Source: Squalus acanthias (taxonomy: Eukaryota). Taken from it: DNA of 64,000 bases. The translations under genes and the position numbers were made by a program. This document shows positions 11,721 through 25,133 of the stretch, in pieces (the first letter of the stretch is position 1; every line of letters begins with the position of its first letter). The notes below the pieces were generated by a model. It did not search any database and was not told the DNA's origin. It was given only the letters and a program-made list of their open reading frames with translations. The stretch is from the NCBI GenBank assembly GCA_030390025.1, contig CM059425.1:172362001-172426000 (forward strand). Reading direction: 5' to 3'.

Positions 11721-14315
11721 CCTTGAGGCCAATTCATTAAATATATTCAAGAAGGAGTTAGATATATTTCTTATGGCTAAAGGGATATGGGGAGAAAGCA
11801 GGGACAGGGTACTAAATTTGGATGATCAGCCATGATCTCATAGAAACATAGAAGATAGGAGCAGGAGTAGGCCATTCGGCCCCTCTAGCCTGCTCCGCCA
11901 TTCAATGCGATCATGGCTGATCATCCAAATTCAGTATCCTGTCCCTGCTTTCTCCCCATATCCCTTGATCCCTTTAGCCTTAAGAAATATATCCAACTCC
12001 TTCTTGAATCTATTTAATGAATTGGCCTCTACTGCCTTCTGTGGCAGAGAATTCCACAGGTTCACCACTCTCTGGGTGAAGAAATTCCTCCTCATTTCTG
12101 TCCTAAATGGCTTACCCCTTATCTTTAGACTGTGACCCCTGGTTCTGGACTCCCCGACCATCGGGAACATCCTTCCTGCATCTAGTTTGTCCTGTCCTGT
12201 CAGAATTTTATAAGTATGAATGAGATCCCCTCTCATTCTTCTAAACTCCAGCGAGTATAAGCCCAATCGACCCAATCTCTCTTCATACATCATTCCTGCC
12301 ATCCCAGGTATCAGCCTTGTGAATCTTCGCTGAACTCCTTCCATGGCAAGAACATCCTTCCTCAGATAAGGTGACCAAAACTGCACACAGTACTCAAGGT
12401 GTGGTCTCACCAAGGCCCTGTACAACTGCAGCAAGACATCCTTGCTCCTGTACTCGAATCCTCTCACTATGAAGGTTTACATACCATTTGCCTTCTTAAC
12501 CGCCTGCTGCACCTGCATGCTTACCTTCAGCGACTGGTGCACAAGGACACCCAGGTCTCGTTGCACTTCCCCTTCTCCCAATCTATTGCCATTCAAATAA
12601 TAATCTGCCTTTCTGTTTTTGACACCAAAATGGATAACCTCGCATTTATCCACATTATATTGCATCTGCCACGCTTCTGCCCAATCACCCAACCTGTCCA
12701 AATCATACTGGAGTTTCTCGGCATCCTCCTCGCAGCACACACGCCCACCCAGTTTTGTGTCGTCTGCAAACTTGGAGATATTACATCTAGTTCCCTCGTC
12801 TAGATCATTAATATATATATTGTGAATAGCTGGGGTCCAAGGACCGATCCCTGCGGTACCTCACTAGTCACTGCCTGCCACTCGGAAAAAGACCCGTTTA
12901 TTCCAACTCTTTGCTTTCTGTCTGCCAACCAGTTCTCTATCCAAGTCAATACCTTGCCCCCAATCCCATGTGCCTTAACTTTGCACGCTAATCTCTTATG
13001 CGGGACCTTATCAAAAGCCTTTTGGAAGTCCAAATACACCACATCCACTGGTTCTCCCTTATCTATTTTACCAGTTACATCCTCAAAAAATTCCAGTAGA
13101 TTAGTCAAGCACGATTTACCTTTTGTAAATCCATGTTGACTTTGTCCGATCCTGTCACTGTTTTCCAAGTGCTCAGCTATTACATCTTTTATAATGGACT
13201 CTAGCATTTTCCCCACTACCGATGTCAGGCTTACCGGTCTGTAATTCCCCGTTTTCTCTCTACCACCCTTTTTGAATAGTGGGGTAACATTAGCTACCCT
13301 CCAATCCATGGGTACTGTTCCAGATTCCATCGAATGTTGGAAGATGATCAGCAATGCATCTACTATTTCTAGGGCCACTTCCTTAAGTACCCTAGGATGT
13401 AGATTATCAGGCCCTGGGGATTTATCGGCCTTCAATCCCTTCAATTTCCCTAACACCATTTCCCTACAAATACTGATTTCTTTCAGTTCCTCCCTATGTT
13501 CCCCAACATCTCTGGGAGGTTATTTGTGTCCTCCTTTGTGAAGACAGAACCAAAATATGTATTTAATTGGTCTGACATTTCTTTGTTCCCCATTATAAGT
13601 TCCCCTGATTCTGACTGCAAGGGACCTATGCTTGATTTCACTAATCTTTTTCTCTTCACATATCTATAAAAGCTTTTGCAGTCAGTTTTTATGTTCCCTG
13701 CAAGCTTACTCTCGTATTCTATTTTCCCCTTCTTAATTAATCCCTTTGTCCTCCTTTGTTGAATCTTAAACTGCTCCCAATCCTCAGGGTTACTGCTTTT
13801 TCTGGCCAATTTATATGCCCTCTCCTTGGATCTTATGCTATCCCTAATTTCCCTTGTTAGCCATGGTTGAGTCACCCTTTTTGTTTTATTCTTATGCCAA
13901 ACTGGGATGAACAAATTCTGTAGTTCGTCCATGTGGTCTTTGAATGTTTGCCATTGCCTATCCACCATCAACCCTTTGAGTGACATTCCCCAATCAATCC
14001 TACCCAACTCGCACCTCATACCATCGTAGTTTCCTTTATTTAAATTCAGGACTCTAGTCTCTGAGTCAACTACTTCACTCTCCATCCTAATGAAGAATTC
14101 TATCATATTATGATCGCTCCGACCCAAAGGGCCTCGCACAACAAGATTGCTAATTAATCCTTTCTCATTGCATAATACCCAGTCTAAGATGGCCTGATCT
14201 CTGGTTGGTTCCTCGACATATTGGTCCAGGAAACCATCCCGTAATCTCATTAAATGGCGGAGCAGGCTCGAGGGGACGAATGGCCTACTCCTGCTCCTAT
14301 CTTCTATGTTTCTGT
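11721..14315 (+). mobile_element. Short CR1 3' fragment split in two (11721-11841 and 14244-14315) by an antisense CR1
   Basis: The two halves join to reproduce the 3' end seen intact at 26626-26815 (...cagccatgatctcattaaatggcggagc...). Confidence 0.85.
11842..14243 (-). mobile_element. CR1 LINE, 5'-truncated (end of endonuclease, linker, RT, 3' UTR), flanked by 7-bp TSD ATCTCAT
   Basis: ORFs 13483-14250, 12800-13459, 12477-12740 and 11931-12467. ATCTCAT occurs at 11835-11841 and 14244-14250. Confidence 0.95.
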
Positions 14316-14409
14316 GTAAAAGTAAAATAAGTCAAAATAGAACATATGTAGTATAATTAACTATCAACCATCAATAATAATGTAAAATAAGTTAAAATAA
14401 TGAATATAC

Positions 14410-15030
14410 AACACCACCTTGCACTTGTATAGCACCTTCAATGTAGTGAAACATCCTAAAACTCCTTATAAAGTGGAAACTAGACACTGAACTTGGAGTT
14501 TGGGGAAAGGGTTAGGTTAGGTTATTTGAAAAAATGACTAAAAGTACAGTTGAAAAGTTAGATTTTGTTCAGGCTTTGAAAGTGGGGACAAATGTGGGAA
14601 GGCAAATAACTTCTGAAAGGTAGTTGAAGAATGCCTTGACATTATGATTGAATGCTCTGCCCCTGATGGTGGAGCTGAGGGATGATTGATTTACAGGCTG
14701 AGGTCAAAAGAGTGGTGCGACAATTTGGGACCCAAGTCTGGAGAAAGTTGCAGAGATGGAGGAATATGTACATAAAGACCAGAATTTTGAAATCAATTTA
14801 ATGGAGGATGAGGAGCCAGCAGACAATGGAATTTATAATGTGAAAAATGGTGACACAGAAGTGTGTCATGCTCCAATTCAGTCAGCATTCTGCCAACTGT
14901 ATCCCATCCCATACCAAGTCCTGTTCACTTTACCATCCCTCTTCTCTCTGACCTCTGCTGGAATTGTAGATAAGGATCAGAACTTTGAAATCAATGCACT
15001 GGGGGGATGATGAGACACTGGAGGTTAGGT
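14410..15030 (-). mobile_element. Degraded L2 fragments
   Basis: 3' end cttgcacttgtatagcacctt, with similarity to other L2 copies in the window. Confidence 0.5.
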
Positions 15031-15632
15031 CCTTTCTACAAAACCATATATCCAGTTGTCACACTTTTTTGTGTCAACTGTTTCGCATTACAAATTCTTA
15101 TGTCCACATTTATAATGGAAACTGCCTATGTAAACTTGTCACATTGTAATTATCCCCTCCTTCCAATGGAGACGCTGTAGCATCTTAATTTTGCATCTCC
15201 CAGCTCTTCAGCCTGTACTATAGAAAAACTGCTATGGTCATCTACATCACTTCTCTGCTTCCGAAATTGCCTATCTAACACATATATTACAATTGTTGAG
15301 TGGTCTCAGGATTTGAAAAGTACCACACTAGTATATGGTGCTGTGAACTTAACGTTGCATCACAAATTGAAAACAATGAGATAAGTAGGGAAGAACTCTC
15401 CATTGGTCAGTGAATCAGTAATTGGAAGGCATTCATTTAAGATCATCATCAAAAGAATAAAAGAGGATAGCAGAACTTTTTACACATCCCTTGCAGAAAC
15501 AGTGGTGGCAGCAGAATAACTTTTAAAAGTGAAGTAGTAAAATATTTGAAATAGATTAATTTAAAAGTATCTGGGGAATGGGCAGAATGAGTCCAATTGG
15601 ATAGCTTTCAGAGAGCTGGCACAGGCGTGCTG

Positions 15633-16254
15633 AGGGTAGAAATTGCACCCCACTGCAACCCTTTTTGGGACGCAGAACGAGGGCAAAAAGCACCAATTTC
15701 CAGGTGCTGTTTGTTGCACCCCAAGGGCGCTTGGAATACGTTCAACGCCATGTTGGCACCAGCGGCCGCCTAAAACAGGCACTAGGCCCCTTGCATATGT
15801 TGATGAGGGGCCTAGCGCTTGTTTCAGGACCCATCCCAGAAATTGATTAGTACTGAGAATGGATATTTCTTGGTGCTTTAGCAGGCTAACCAGCGATCCT
15901 TAAAGGGATGTTGCCACCAAAAAGGTAAATTTTTTTCTTTTAAACTTAACTTCATGTGGAGCTGGGTGGGGAGCCCCCTGGTTCCACAGCACTACTACAG
16001 GCCGCTGCCAGCCCACAGTAGTCCCCGTCGCATTCTCCTCCATCCCTTCCTGAGGGCAGCTGCTGGCGAGGCAGCCGGCCCAAATTGGTCATCTTCAAGC
16101 TGGTAAGCTGCCTCTGGATGTCTGATTGGCCTCACTGGAAATATGCTAACAAGGCCAGGCGCCCAATTTGGGACGAGTGTCCGGCTTCTGGCACACGACG
16201 CAAGCACATTGCCTATTTCAGGCCTGAAAATGGGCTTAAACCAGTTTCTACCCC
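15633..16254. mobile_element. Harbinger-type MITE next to a degraded CR1 3' fragment (15365-15630)
   Basis: TIR agggtagaaattg / cagtttctacccc. Internal aaacaggcactaggcccc...gcttgtttcagg is shared with 31700-32098 and 49305-49820. Confidence 0.65.
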
Positions 16255-17120
16255 TATTATTCTGCTTTATGATTATATTACTATTACCTATCCTGTACTT
16301 TCAATATCTCCAACCATTACAACTTGCTGTGTTAAATCTCTTGAGAATAGCCAATGAGAATTTATCTGTGCATAGCATTGAGACTACAACATACGGCAGA
16401 TTTCTGTCAATCAACCACTCTCTTTTAATGTGCTAATTCTTGCCATGCATTTTGATTCTAAAAGTCTGCAAGCCTTGGTTCTATAATTAAATCATTATCT
16501 TTCCACTTATTTTGGACTAATTATCCCTTACTAAAGTGCTAAAATACTTTGCCTTATGTCAGTGGCATCTTCATTGCATTTCATGAGTAGCTTTTAACTG
16601 ATGCATTGTCATACCTTCACTGCCAATGCAAATTTGTGCACCTCAGCATAGCAGCTTAAGTATCCAAATATTTGTCTGAAAAATAATCAGATTTATAATA
16701 CTTGATGTTTCAAATATCATTTTCCCTTATTGTGTGAACAGAATGGGTAATCCTTGGTATGCAATCAAATCGCACCACATTGGTGTTTCACCAAACGAAA
16801 TAAATATATTTCTGTCTTTAGACTTTGCACAGTTGTGTTCGTGATTCTCATTGCACCCATTATTACATAACAGTCCAGTGTTTTGTGTGGGATGCACATT
16901 TGTTTCATGTTAAACAGTACTTTTTTAATAATTTGAGATTCTCAGATTTTTAAAAAGGATTAATAACGTACATATCTGAATTGATGAGCAAAATGTTGCA
17001 CTAGCACCTTCGGACTAGAAGAAGTGCTATGAGACCTTGAACTGTAATGAAAATCTTTTTGTTACAATAATATTTTAATGCTTAAAATGGCAAGCTGGCA
17101 TTTGATAAAGATTGGTTATA

Positions 17121-18986
17121 CAGTATTGCCAACCCCACCGTCTCAAAAATCATGAGAGTTGATCAGAAATCATGATTTGCTATTTTTTTCAAACATAAAC
17201 CAATATAAATTGACAGTTCTTTTATAAACCTCATTAGTGGCTTTATTTAATCTCAAATAGGTCACAGCTCTTTACAAAAGCTATATTACTGCATCTGAAA
17301 ATGCTTTACAAAAAAACTTTTTTTTAAATCCTACCCGTTATCACCACCTTTCACCTGGTGCCCAACACAACCACTACAAAATGCAATCCCTGCAGCTGCC
17401 AATCAAAGGTAAGTTTTGGGGGAGACAGGAAGCGCGACCAGTGTCGGCAACTCGCCCCAAGTATGCAGATGTGGCCTGAGGACCTATTTCTATCGATCCT
17501 CAGGCCTCTTGCTTCCGAGGTCCCCCTCCCATGTTATAAAAAAATTCAGGGAGCCCCTGTAACACAATGAGTATTTTCTCTGCATAAAAATTAGTTATAC
17601 AATTAAGCATATATAATAACTACACAATGATGTACAAGAGGGCTGTTGGCATCTGTCTATCACAGAAGACAGAGCAAACTGGCAAATGAAACAATTGTCC
17701 CCAGACCCATTAAAGGATGACCGACAATCGTCATCCAAACATCCAGCTCTGTAATTAGCAGAAACCTTGGTCGCCAAGGTGCAGACAATAGCGATGCTCC
17801 TGAATTTATCGCTGCCATGACTCTCATGTTTCAATAATTTACTGAAAATAACATTTCATTTATAAATTAGAGAGCTGACAGCAAATGTCCCCGCATGCCA
17901 CAGCTTCAAAATGCAGAGGGGGCAGAGGGAACCACAGGCCGGACAACCCCGGGAAAAGTGCACGGTCCGGCGTTCAGACTCAACGAGAGGGACACGGACC
18001 GTAACCCCATTTAGATGCGATTACTCCTCAGAGACAACCTAAGGAGCCGGAGGGCCAACGACAGCCAAATCCCAGGCCCACACTCACCTGACCCTCCACA
18101 GTCATACTCACCAACTGCTCGGCCACTTTCTCGGCCTCCCTCACTTGCTCCTCCCACCCACTGAGCTGATGAGACATGCTGGTACTCAACTTAACAAGCC
18201 TGCGTCAGGGCTCTCTCTCACTGTTAATATTACTCTCTTCCCCCTCTCCTTGATGCCAAACTTCGCATTTTTTTTTCTTCCTTGTGTGTCCGTCCAGTCA
18301 GTGCTAACTGTTGTCTCTGCGCATTCGCCAGTGTTTGAGCATGCGTGAAAGTGTCGGCGCTTGCGCGGGACAGTTGGCGTGAAGGTCTCGTGTGACGGCG
18401 GCTCCACACTCTCGGGCAGCGGCCGGGGCCATTGGCTGGGCCCAGTAGTTGCACAACATAGAAACCCAACGGGTGCTTTCAATAACCGTGACAACAACAG
18501 CCAGATCACGGGCCCACACTCACCTGACCCTCCACATTCATAACCTCCAACTGTTCGGCCACTTTCTTGGTCTCCATCACTTGATCATCTTGCCCACTGA
18601 GCTGATGCAACACGCCGGTAGTCATCCTAACCTGCTTGCTCGTCTCAATTGACAGACGGCACGCCAGCCACACAGGAACCTCCATTGGCCTTTGCGTCAT
18701 TTGCAACTATTCCATCACACAGGGGAGCAGGGGAGAGACTTCTCATGGAAAACCAATGGCAACTCATGGGACACAGTACTATGGGACAAACCAACTTGTG
18801 GACCCTCAGTTGAAAACCCCTGACCAAATCCACGTGTCCCCAGCAAGCAATCACGGGAGGCAGTGACAAAGATTAATACAGTCGGGAAAAAAATCTCGAC
18901 TTTTCTGAGTGGAATCGTGAGTTGGGTTGAATTTTCATTAAAAAATCGCTTGTTTCACGATTAAATCTCGAGAGTTGGCAATACTG
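17121..18986. mobile_element. Non-autonomous DNA transposon, hAT-like (1866 bp)
   Basis: Perfect 13-bp TIR CAGTATTGCCAAC / GTTGGCAATACTG, with subterminal aaatc(a/t/g)(t/c)ga repeats at both ends. No convincing 8-bp TSD. Confidence 0.7.
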
Positions 18987-19890
18987 GTAGGAAACTGTGA
19001 AGTGATTTGGTAATTGCTGGTTTGTTGAGAGTGCTTAATGTGCTTGAACAGTATTGTGTTTAGCCAGAGTTTTCTAAACTAAAAAGGGGGAGGAGGGGTC
19101 AGGTGAGGGGAAATTTAGAAATCTAAAGAGAAAGGTCAAGGCAATAGAGCAGTATAACAATTTGGGTAAAAATAAGCAGAGTGTGACAGGAAGGGACAGA
19201 GAGTTTAATGGTAGCAGTGCAGCAGAGAATAAGGTCAAAGCAGGGAATAATGGTAAAACATTTTAATTAAAGGCTCTTTATCTGAATGCACGAAGCATTC
19301 GTAACAAGATAGAAGAACTAGTGGCACAAATAGAGATACATGGGTTTGATCTAATAGCCATTACAGAGACATGGTTGCAAGGTGGCCAAGGTTGGGAACT
19401 AAATGTTCCAGGGTACTTGACGTTTCGAAAATACAGGCAGAATGGAAAAGGAGGGGGAGTAGCCCTGATAATAAAGGATGACATAAGGACAGTAGCGAGA
19501 AAGGATCTCGGCTCGGAAGATCAGGAAGTAGAATCAGTATGGGTGGAGAAAAGGAATAACAAGGGGCTGAAAACACTGGTAGTAGTAGTATATAGGCCCC
19601 CTAACAGTAGCTATACCGTTGACAGAATATTAATCAAGAAATAGTAGGAGCTTGCAGCAAAGTTAATACAATAATCTTGGGGGACTTTAATCTTCATATA
19701 GACTGGACAAATCAAATTGGCAAAGGTACTCTGGAGGATGAGTTCATGGAATGCATTCGGGACAGTTTCCTATAACAATCTCATGGAACCAACCAGGGAA
19801 CAGGCTGTTTTAGATCTTGTATTGTGTAATGAGACAGGGTTAATTAGCAATCTCATAGTAAAGGATCCTCTGGGGCAGACTGATCATATT

Positions 19891-20628
19891 GGGCCGTATA
19901 TTCCGTACACCGCGCGTACATACCCGTAGGGACATCGGAAATGCCGGTTTCAGGCATGCCAAGCACATGCGCTGAAAACCGGCATTTCCGATCTGTCAAG
20001 AATGCTTTTGACAGATCGGACGCCTGCCCTGGAGAAGGGCCTCTGCGGGTGGATAGTTTCGCTTTCTGGAGTACCTCCGCCCGCAGAAAACCCTTAGAAA
20101 TCTTACGCCTGGTAAAAGCAGGCGTAAGGCCTCATTTTACCAGCATAAGATTTGAAAAAAAGTTTTCTTAAAAATTTCCACTCATTTATCATTTAAAAAT
20201 ACTTTAAAAAAGGTAAGTTTATTTTTAGTCCCGTAAAAAACTTCAATTATTTTTTTCAAAAAATTAAATTCTTGTTAAAATATTTAATTTATTGTAATTT
20301 CAACTCATTTTAAAAATGTGATTTTTTTTATTATTTACTGTTTTACAGTGTTTTTGGGGTGATCTCCATTCATATATTTGACAGGTCTATCTGTCAAGTG
20401 TATGAAGTGAGATTCCCTTCTTTGATTGGCTCCCCATGGCCCACGTGATCCCAGGGATGCTTGCGAACCGCATGCGCCTCTGGGATACGTGGGCCCTGCA
20501 CATTTCGAGTTGGAGAGGCCCAGGAGTGGAAGTGTCCGGACCTCGGGAGCCCTCAGGTGAGTCCGTAGATTTTTTTCCAGATTGGAGGCCTCCGCACGCA
20601 GGAAGCCTCCGATCGGAAAATACGGCCC
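19891..20628. mobile_element. Harbinger-type MITE (738 bp) inserted in CR1 ORF2
   Basis: TIR gggccgtatattccg / cggaaaatacggccc. Splits the CR1 DH-NMIEF codons. Flanks are att/aat. Confidence 0.85.
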
Positions 20629-22017
20629 AATATGATAGAATTTTACATTAATTTTGAGAGTGACTTGCCTAAGTCCGAAACTAGAGTCTTAAACTTAAAT
20701 AAAGCCAATTACATAGGTATGAGGGGCGAGTTGGCTAAGGTAGATTGGAAAAACAGAATAAAAGGTATGGCGGTAGATAAGCAGTGGCTAGCATTTAAAG
20801 AAATATTTCATAATTCTTAACAAAAATACATTCCATTGAGAAACAAAGACTCCACGAGAAAAGTGATCCAACCATGGCTAACTAAAGAAGTTAAGGATAG
20901 CATTAGATTGAAAGAAGAAGCTTATAATGTTGCAAAGAATAATAGGAAGCCTGAGGATTGGGAGAGTTTCAGAAACCAGCAAAGGTTGACCAAAAAATTG
21001 GTAAAAAGGGAAAAAATAGAATATCAGAGAAAACTAGCAAGAAATATAAAAGCAGATTGTAAGAGTTTCTACAAGTATGTAAAAAGGAAAAGAGTAGTAA
21101 AAGTAAACGTTGGTTCCTTAGAGGCTGAGACAGGAGAAATTATTATGGGGAATAAGTAAATGACAGAAACGTTAAACAAATATTTTGTATCTGTCTTCAC
21201 AGTAGAAGACACAAAAAACATACTAAAAACGGTGGGGAACCAAGGGTCTAATGAGGGTGAGGAACTTAACGTAATTGATATAAGTAGAGAAACTAATGGG
21301 ACTAAAAGCCGACAAATCCCCTGGACCTGACGGCCTACATCCTAGGGTTCTAAAAGAGGTGGCTGAAGAGATAGTGGATGCATTGGTTTTGATCTTCCAA
21401 AATTCCCTAGATTTTGGAGAGGTGCCAGCGGATTGGAAGGTCGCAAATGTAACACCGCTATTCAAGAAAGGAGGAAGAGAAAAAACAGGGAACTACAGAC
21501 CAGTTAGCCTGACATCAGTCGTCGGGAAAATGCTGGAATCCATTGTTAAGGAAGTGTTATCAAGTCACTTAGAAAATCATAACATGATTAGGCAGAGTCA
21601 ACATGGTTTTATGAAAGGGAAATCATGTTTGACAAATTTATTACAGTTTTTTGAGGATGGAACTAGCAGGGTAGATAAAGGGGAACCAGTGGATGTAGTA
21701 TATTTGGATTTCCAAAAGGCATCCGATAAGGTGACACATATAAGATTATTACACAAGATTAGGGCTCATGGGGTTGGGGGTAATATAGTAGCATGGATAG
21801 AGGATTTGTTAACAGACAGAAAACAGAGAGTAGGGATAAACGGATCTTTTTCAGGTTGGCAGGCTGTAACTAGTGGGGTGCCACAAGGATCAGTGTTGGG
21901 GCCTCAGCTATTTACAATCTATATTAATGACCTAGATGAAGGGACCGAGCGTAATGTATCCAAGTTTGCTGATGATACAAAGCTAGGTGGGACAGTAAGC
22001 TGTGAGGAGAACACAAA

Positions 22018-22744
22018 GGGCTGGATTTTCATTGACCCGTGGAGGTAGGTTTGGAGGCGTATGGGGGGTTAAAATTGCGAAAACTGGCGGGCACAAGCCC
22101 GCCTCCATCCCGCCTCCACGCAATTTTCATTAAATCGTGTCTGCTGGACCCGACTCCGTCCCGCCTCTAAGAGGCGGGATAGGCTGTTAAGGCCCTTAAC
22201 AAGCACTAAATTGCCTCTATAATGCCATTTTGAAAGGCCTTTGTGATTTTAACCCTTTTTCTACGTGAAGCACGCCTGTTCTGAACCACGAATGTGAACC
22301 TGGCTGACTATCGGCCGGCTGGCTGGATGACATATCTGGGAGTGGTGGTGGATGGGAGACATATCTGGGAGTGGTGGTGGATGGGAGACATATCTGGGAG
22401 TGGTGGTGGATGGGAGACATATCTGGGAGTGGTGGTGGATGGGAGACATATCTGGGAGTGGTGGCGCAAAAATATCTGGGAGCAGACTTAGGGCTGCTGC
22501 TGCCCATTTTTCATCCAGGTCCTCTCACAGCAAAGGCCAGGCAGTCTTTGCAGACCTACAATGCAGCAGCAATGATGACATCATCAGAGGTGACTTTCAG
22601 ACTGAAAACACTAATTGGGTCATGGGTTCCCACATGCTGGAACTTAATTGCCCAATTAGGTGAAAATCGCATCAATCTCTCACATCCAATTGCAGTCGGG
22701 TGGATAACACGACCCCAACCCGCCCCAGTATCAAAATCCAGCCC
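22018..22744. mobile_element. Harbinger-type MITE (727 bp) inserted in CR1 RT, 3-bp TSD AAA
   Basis: Perfect TIR gggctggatttt / aaaatccagccc. Removing the element and one AAA restores EENTKSLQR. Confidence 0.9.
22329..22464. repeat. 29-bp minisatellite (4 full copies plus a 20-bp partial)
   Basis: Identical tandem units gacatatctgggagtggtggtggatggga with no spacers. Confidence 0.95.
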
Positions 22745-25133
22745 AAAGAGTCTGCAAAGGGATATAGATAGACTAAGTGAGTGGGCAGTAAGGTGGCAGA
22801 TGGCGTATAATGTAGGGAAATGTGAGGTTATTCACTTTGGTAGGAAGAATAGAAAAACAGAATATTTTTTAAATGGTGAGAAACTTTCAAATGTTGGTGT
22901 TCAGAGAGATTTGGGTGTCCTCGTGCAAGAAACACAGAAAGCTAGCATGCAGGTACAGCAAGCAATAAGGAAGGCCAATGGCATGTTGGCCTTTATTGCA
23001 AGGGGGTTGGAGTACAAGAGTAAGGAAGTCTTGCTACAATTGTACAGGGCCTTGGTGAAACCACACCTGGAGTACTGTGCACAGTTTTGGTCTCCTTATC
23101 TAAGGAAGGATATACTTGCCTTGGAGGCGGTGCAACGAAGGTTCACTAGATTGATTCCTGGGATGAGTGGGCTGTCCTATGATGAGAGATTGTGTAGATT
23201 GGGCCTATACTCTCTGGAGTTTAGAAGAATGAGAGGTGATCTCATTGAAACATACAAGATTTTGAAGGGGATTGACAGGGTAGATGCTGAGAGGTTGTTT
23301 CCCCTGGCTGGAGTGTCTAGACCTAGGGGCATAGTCTCAGGATAAGGGATGGGCCATTTAAGACTGAGATGAGGAGGAATTTCTTCACTCAGAGGGTTGT
23401 GAATCTTTGGAATTCTCTGCCCCAAGGCTGAGATAGATAGATTGTTGGACTCTAGGGGCATCAAGGGATATGAAGATCGTGCGGGAAAGTGGAGTTGAGA
23501 TCGATGATCAGCCATGATCTTGTTGAATGGCGGAGCAGGCTCGAGGTGCCATATGGCCTACTCCTGCCCTTTCTTATTGTGTAGATGTAAATTCTGCAGT
23601 GATGTGAGTGGGCTTTTGAGAGAAGCAAAGGTGGTTAATTACTTGCCTGAATAGAGAAAACAACTCTGCAAAAGATTGGCTGTTGGGAGCAAGCAAAATG
23701 ACAAATTTATCTTTGTCTTTATCTTTGTAATATTCTTTATTTTTTTTCCATGAATTTAATTTTTACTTAGCAATAACCCTACAATAACTAACAGTGAACG
23801 ACAGTCATAAATGAACATATTGTCTCAAGTATTTCTCCTTTAGAAGCAGGGAGGAAGGGTTCAGACTACACTCTCATCATTATTCAGACAGGCCTGAGCA
23901 CAGCAGCTGGCAACTAGGCACTTAATTACATGATTGGTGAATATAATAAAGGTTTTCCATGTCTACTATTTGTTTTTCCTGGACAGTAAATGGTGCTTGA
24001 GTTAAAACATTTGACAAGTGTAACTTTAGTGCCAGAAGCAAAATAAATGAGATTAAACTGTTGAGAATTTGTTTTTTTTGTTGTGGAAGGGGAAGCAAAA
24101 GTTGACATTGACTGAACCTCTACATAATTATACTAGTATCGTTGAGTGGAAAGCAAATGAGCTGAAGCTGTACTATATGAATGCAGATTTCACCTAAAGC
24201 TAGCTGTGTTAAGCGGCACTGTCTGTTGTCATGGGTTGGATTTCCAGACAGTTGACCTTTCATTTCTCAGTGCAGTAATTCAGCTATGCTGTCAAGTTTA
24301 AAAAGCTGTAAAGTGTATGAGGATGACATCTCTCAGTGAAAAACATAAAAGTACCTGTTTTTCTCTAATTAAAACCCACTCATAAAATTGCAAGAATGCA
24401 CAGCTTTGACATATTCTGACGATGCTAATTCAGTACCAGGTAATTCATTACAGAGAAGAACAGCCATTCTTTGTTGAGAGGAATTTCACCCTTATATTAC
24501 TAATCCTATCATGTAGCTGAAAAGCAATGGGATTATGTCAAATCACTGCCATCTTCACTGAATCGTAACTTGGACTGCACAAACTAAATATGCACCCCTT
24601 GGTACCTTAATAAAAAAAAAGCGTATATTCAATTTGGTGATCATTACCCTCCATCACCCTCGGGATGCCCTTTTTAATTTTGTGTTGTGAAGAGGAAATT
24701 TTGAAGAGTTTCTTATGAATATAAAAATCTGTCAGCAACATTATTGTATTCCACACAGTAATGTAATCCACTGGGATGTATGTGAAATGATTTGAAATCC
24801 TAAATAACATAGAGCAGCCTACAGAATAATTATAAATATCTTACTGCAAAATAAATTTAGTCATCCCCTTGAGATTTCCTAACCAGCCACTCTATCGATC
24901 TTTTCTTGAAGGTTACTCTTCATTCTTGTGCTTCTTCATGACTGTGTTCATAATGTACAGTTTTTCCCCTTTATGGCTTGTGCTGTTCTGAAAATTTGGG
25001 TACTACAGGGATGAATATCAATGGGCCCAAACAGTCTTGTCCCTGATTTTTCTGTCATTCTTATGTTCCCAAATGAATGAATAAATACTATAATGTGTCA
25101 TCTGTGGTATGACATGCTGAGTTTTTGTCAGCA

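Larger units (their letters stand above)
19020..23585 (+). mobile_element. Long CR1 LINE (APE endonuclease + RT, disrupted) carrying two MITE insertions
   Basis: LYLNARSI...IAITETW...YRPP...GDFN endonuclease motifs from ~19270. RT in 21296-22017 and 22745-23500. CR1 3' UTR to ~23580. Confidence 0.93.

Noticed and set aside
12399..13541. Recurring antisense ORFs (MWSHQGPVQLQQ…, MNSGVTLATLQS…)
   Set aside because: These are shadow frames of CR1 ORF2, and they recur only because the CR1 copies recur.
22329..22464. CRISPR-like 29-bp repeats
   Set aside because: The units are directly adjacent with no spacers, there are no cas genes, and the context is vertebrate. This is a minisatellite.
22371..23345. 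324-aa ORF as a novel fusion protein
   Set aside because: Chance read-through from MITE/minisatellite sequence into the CR1 RT C-terminus. There is no evidence for a real gene.
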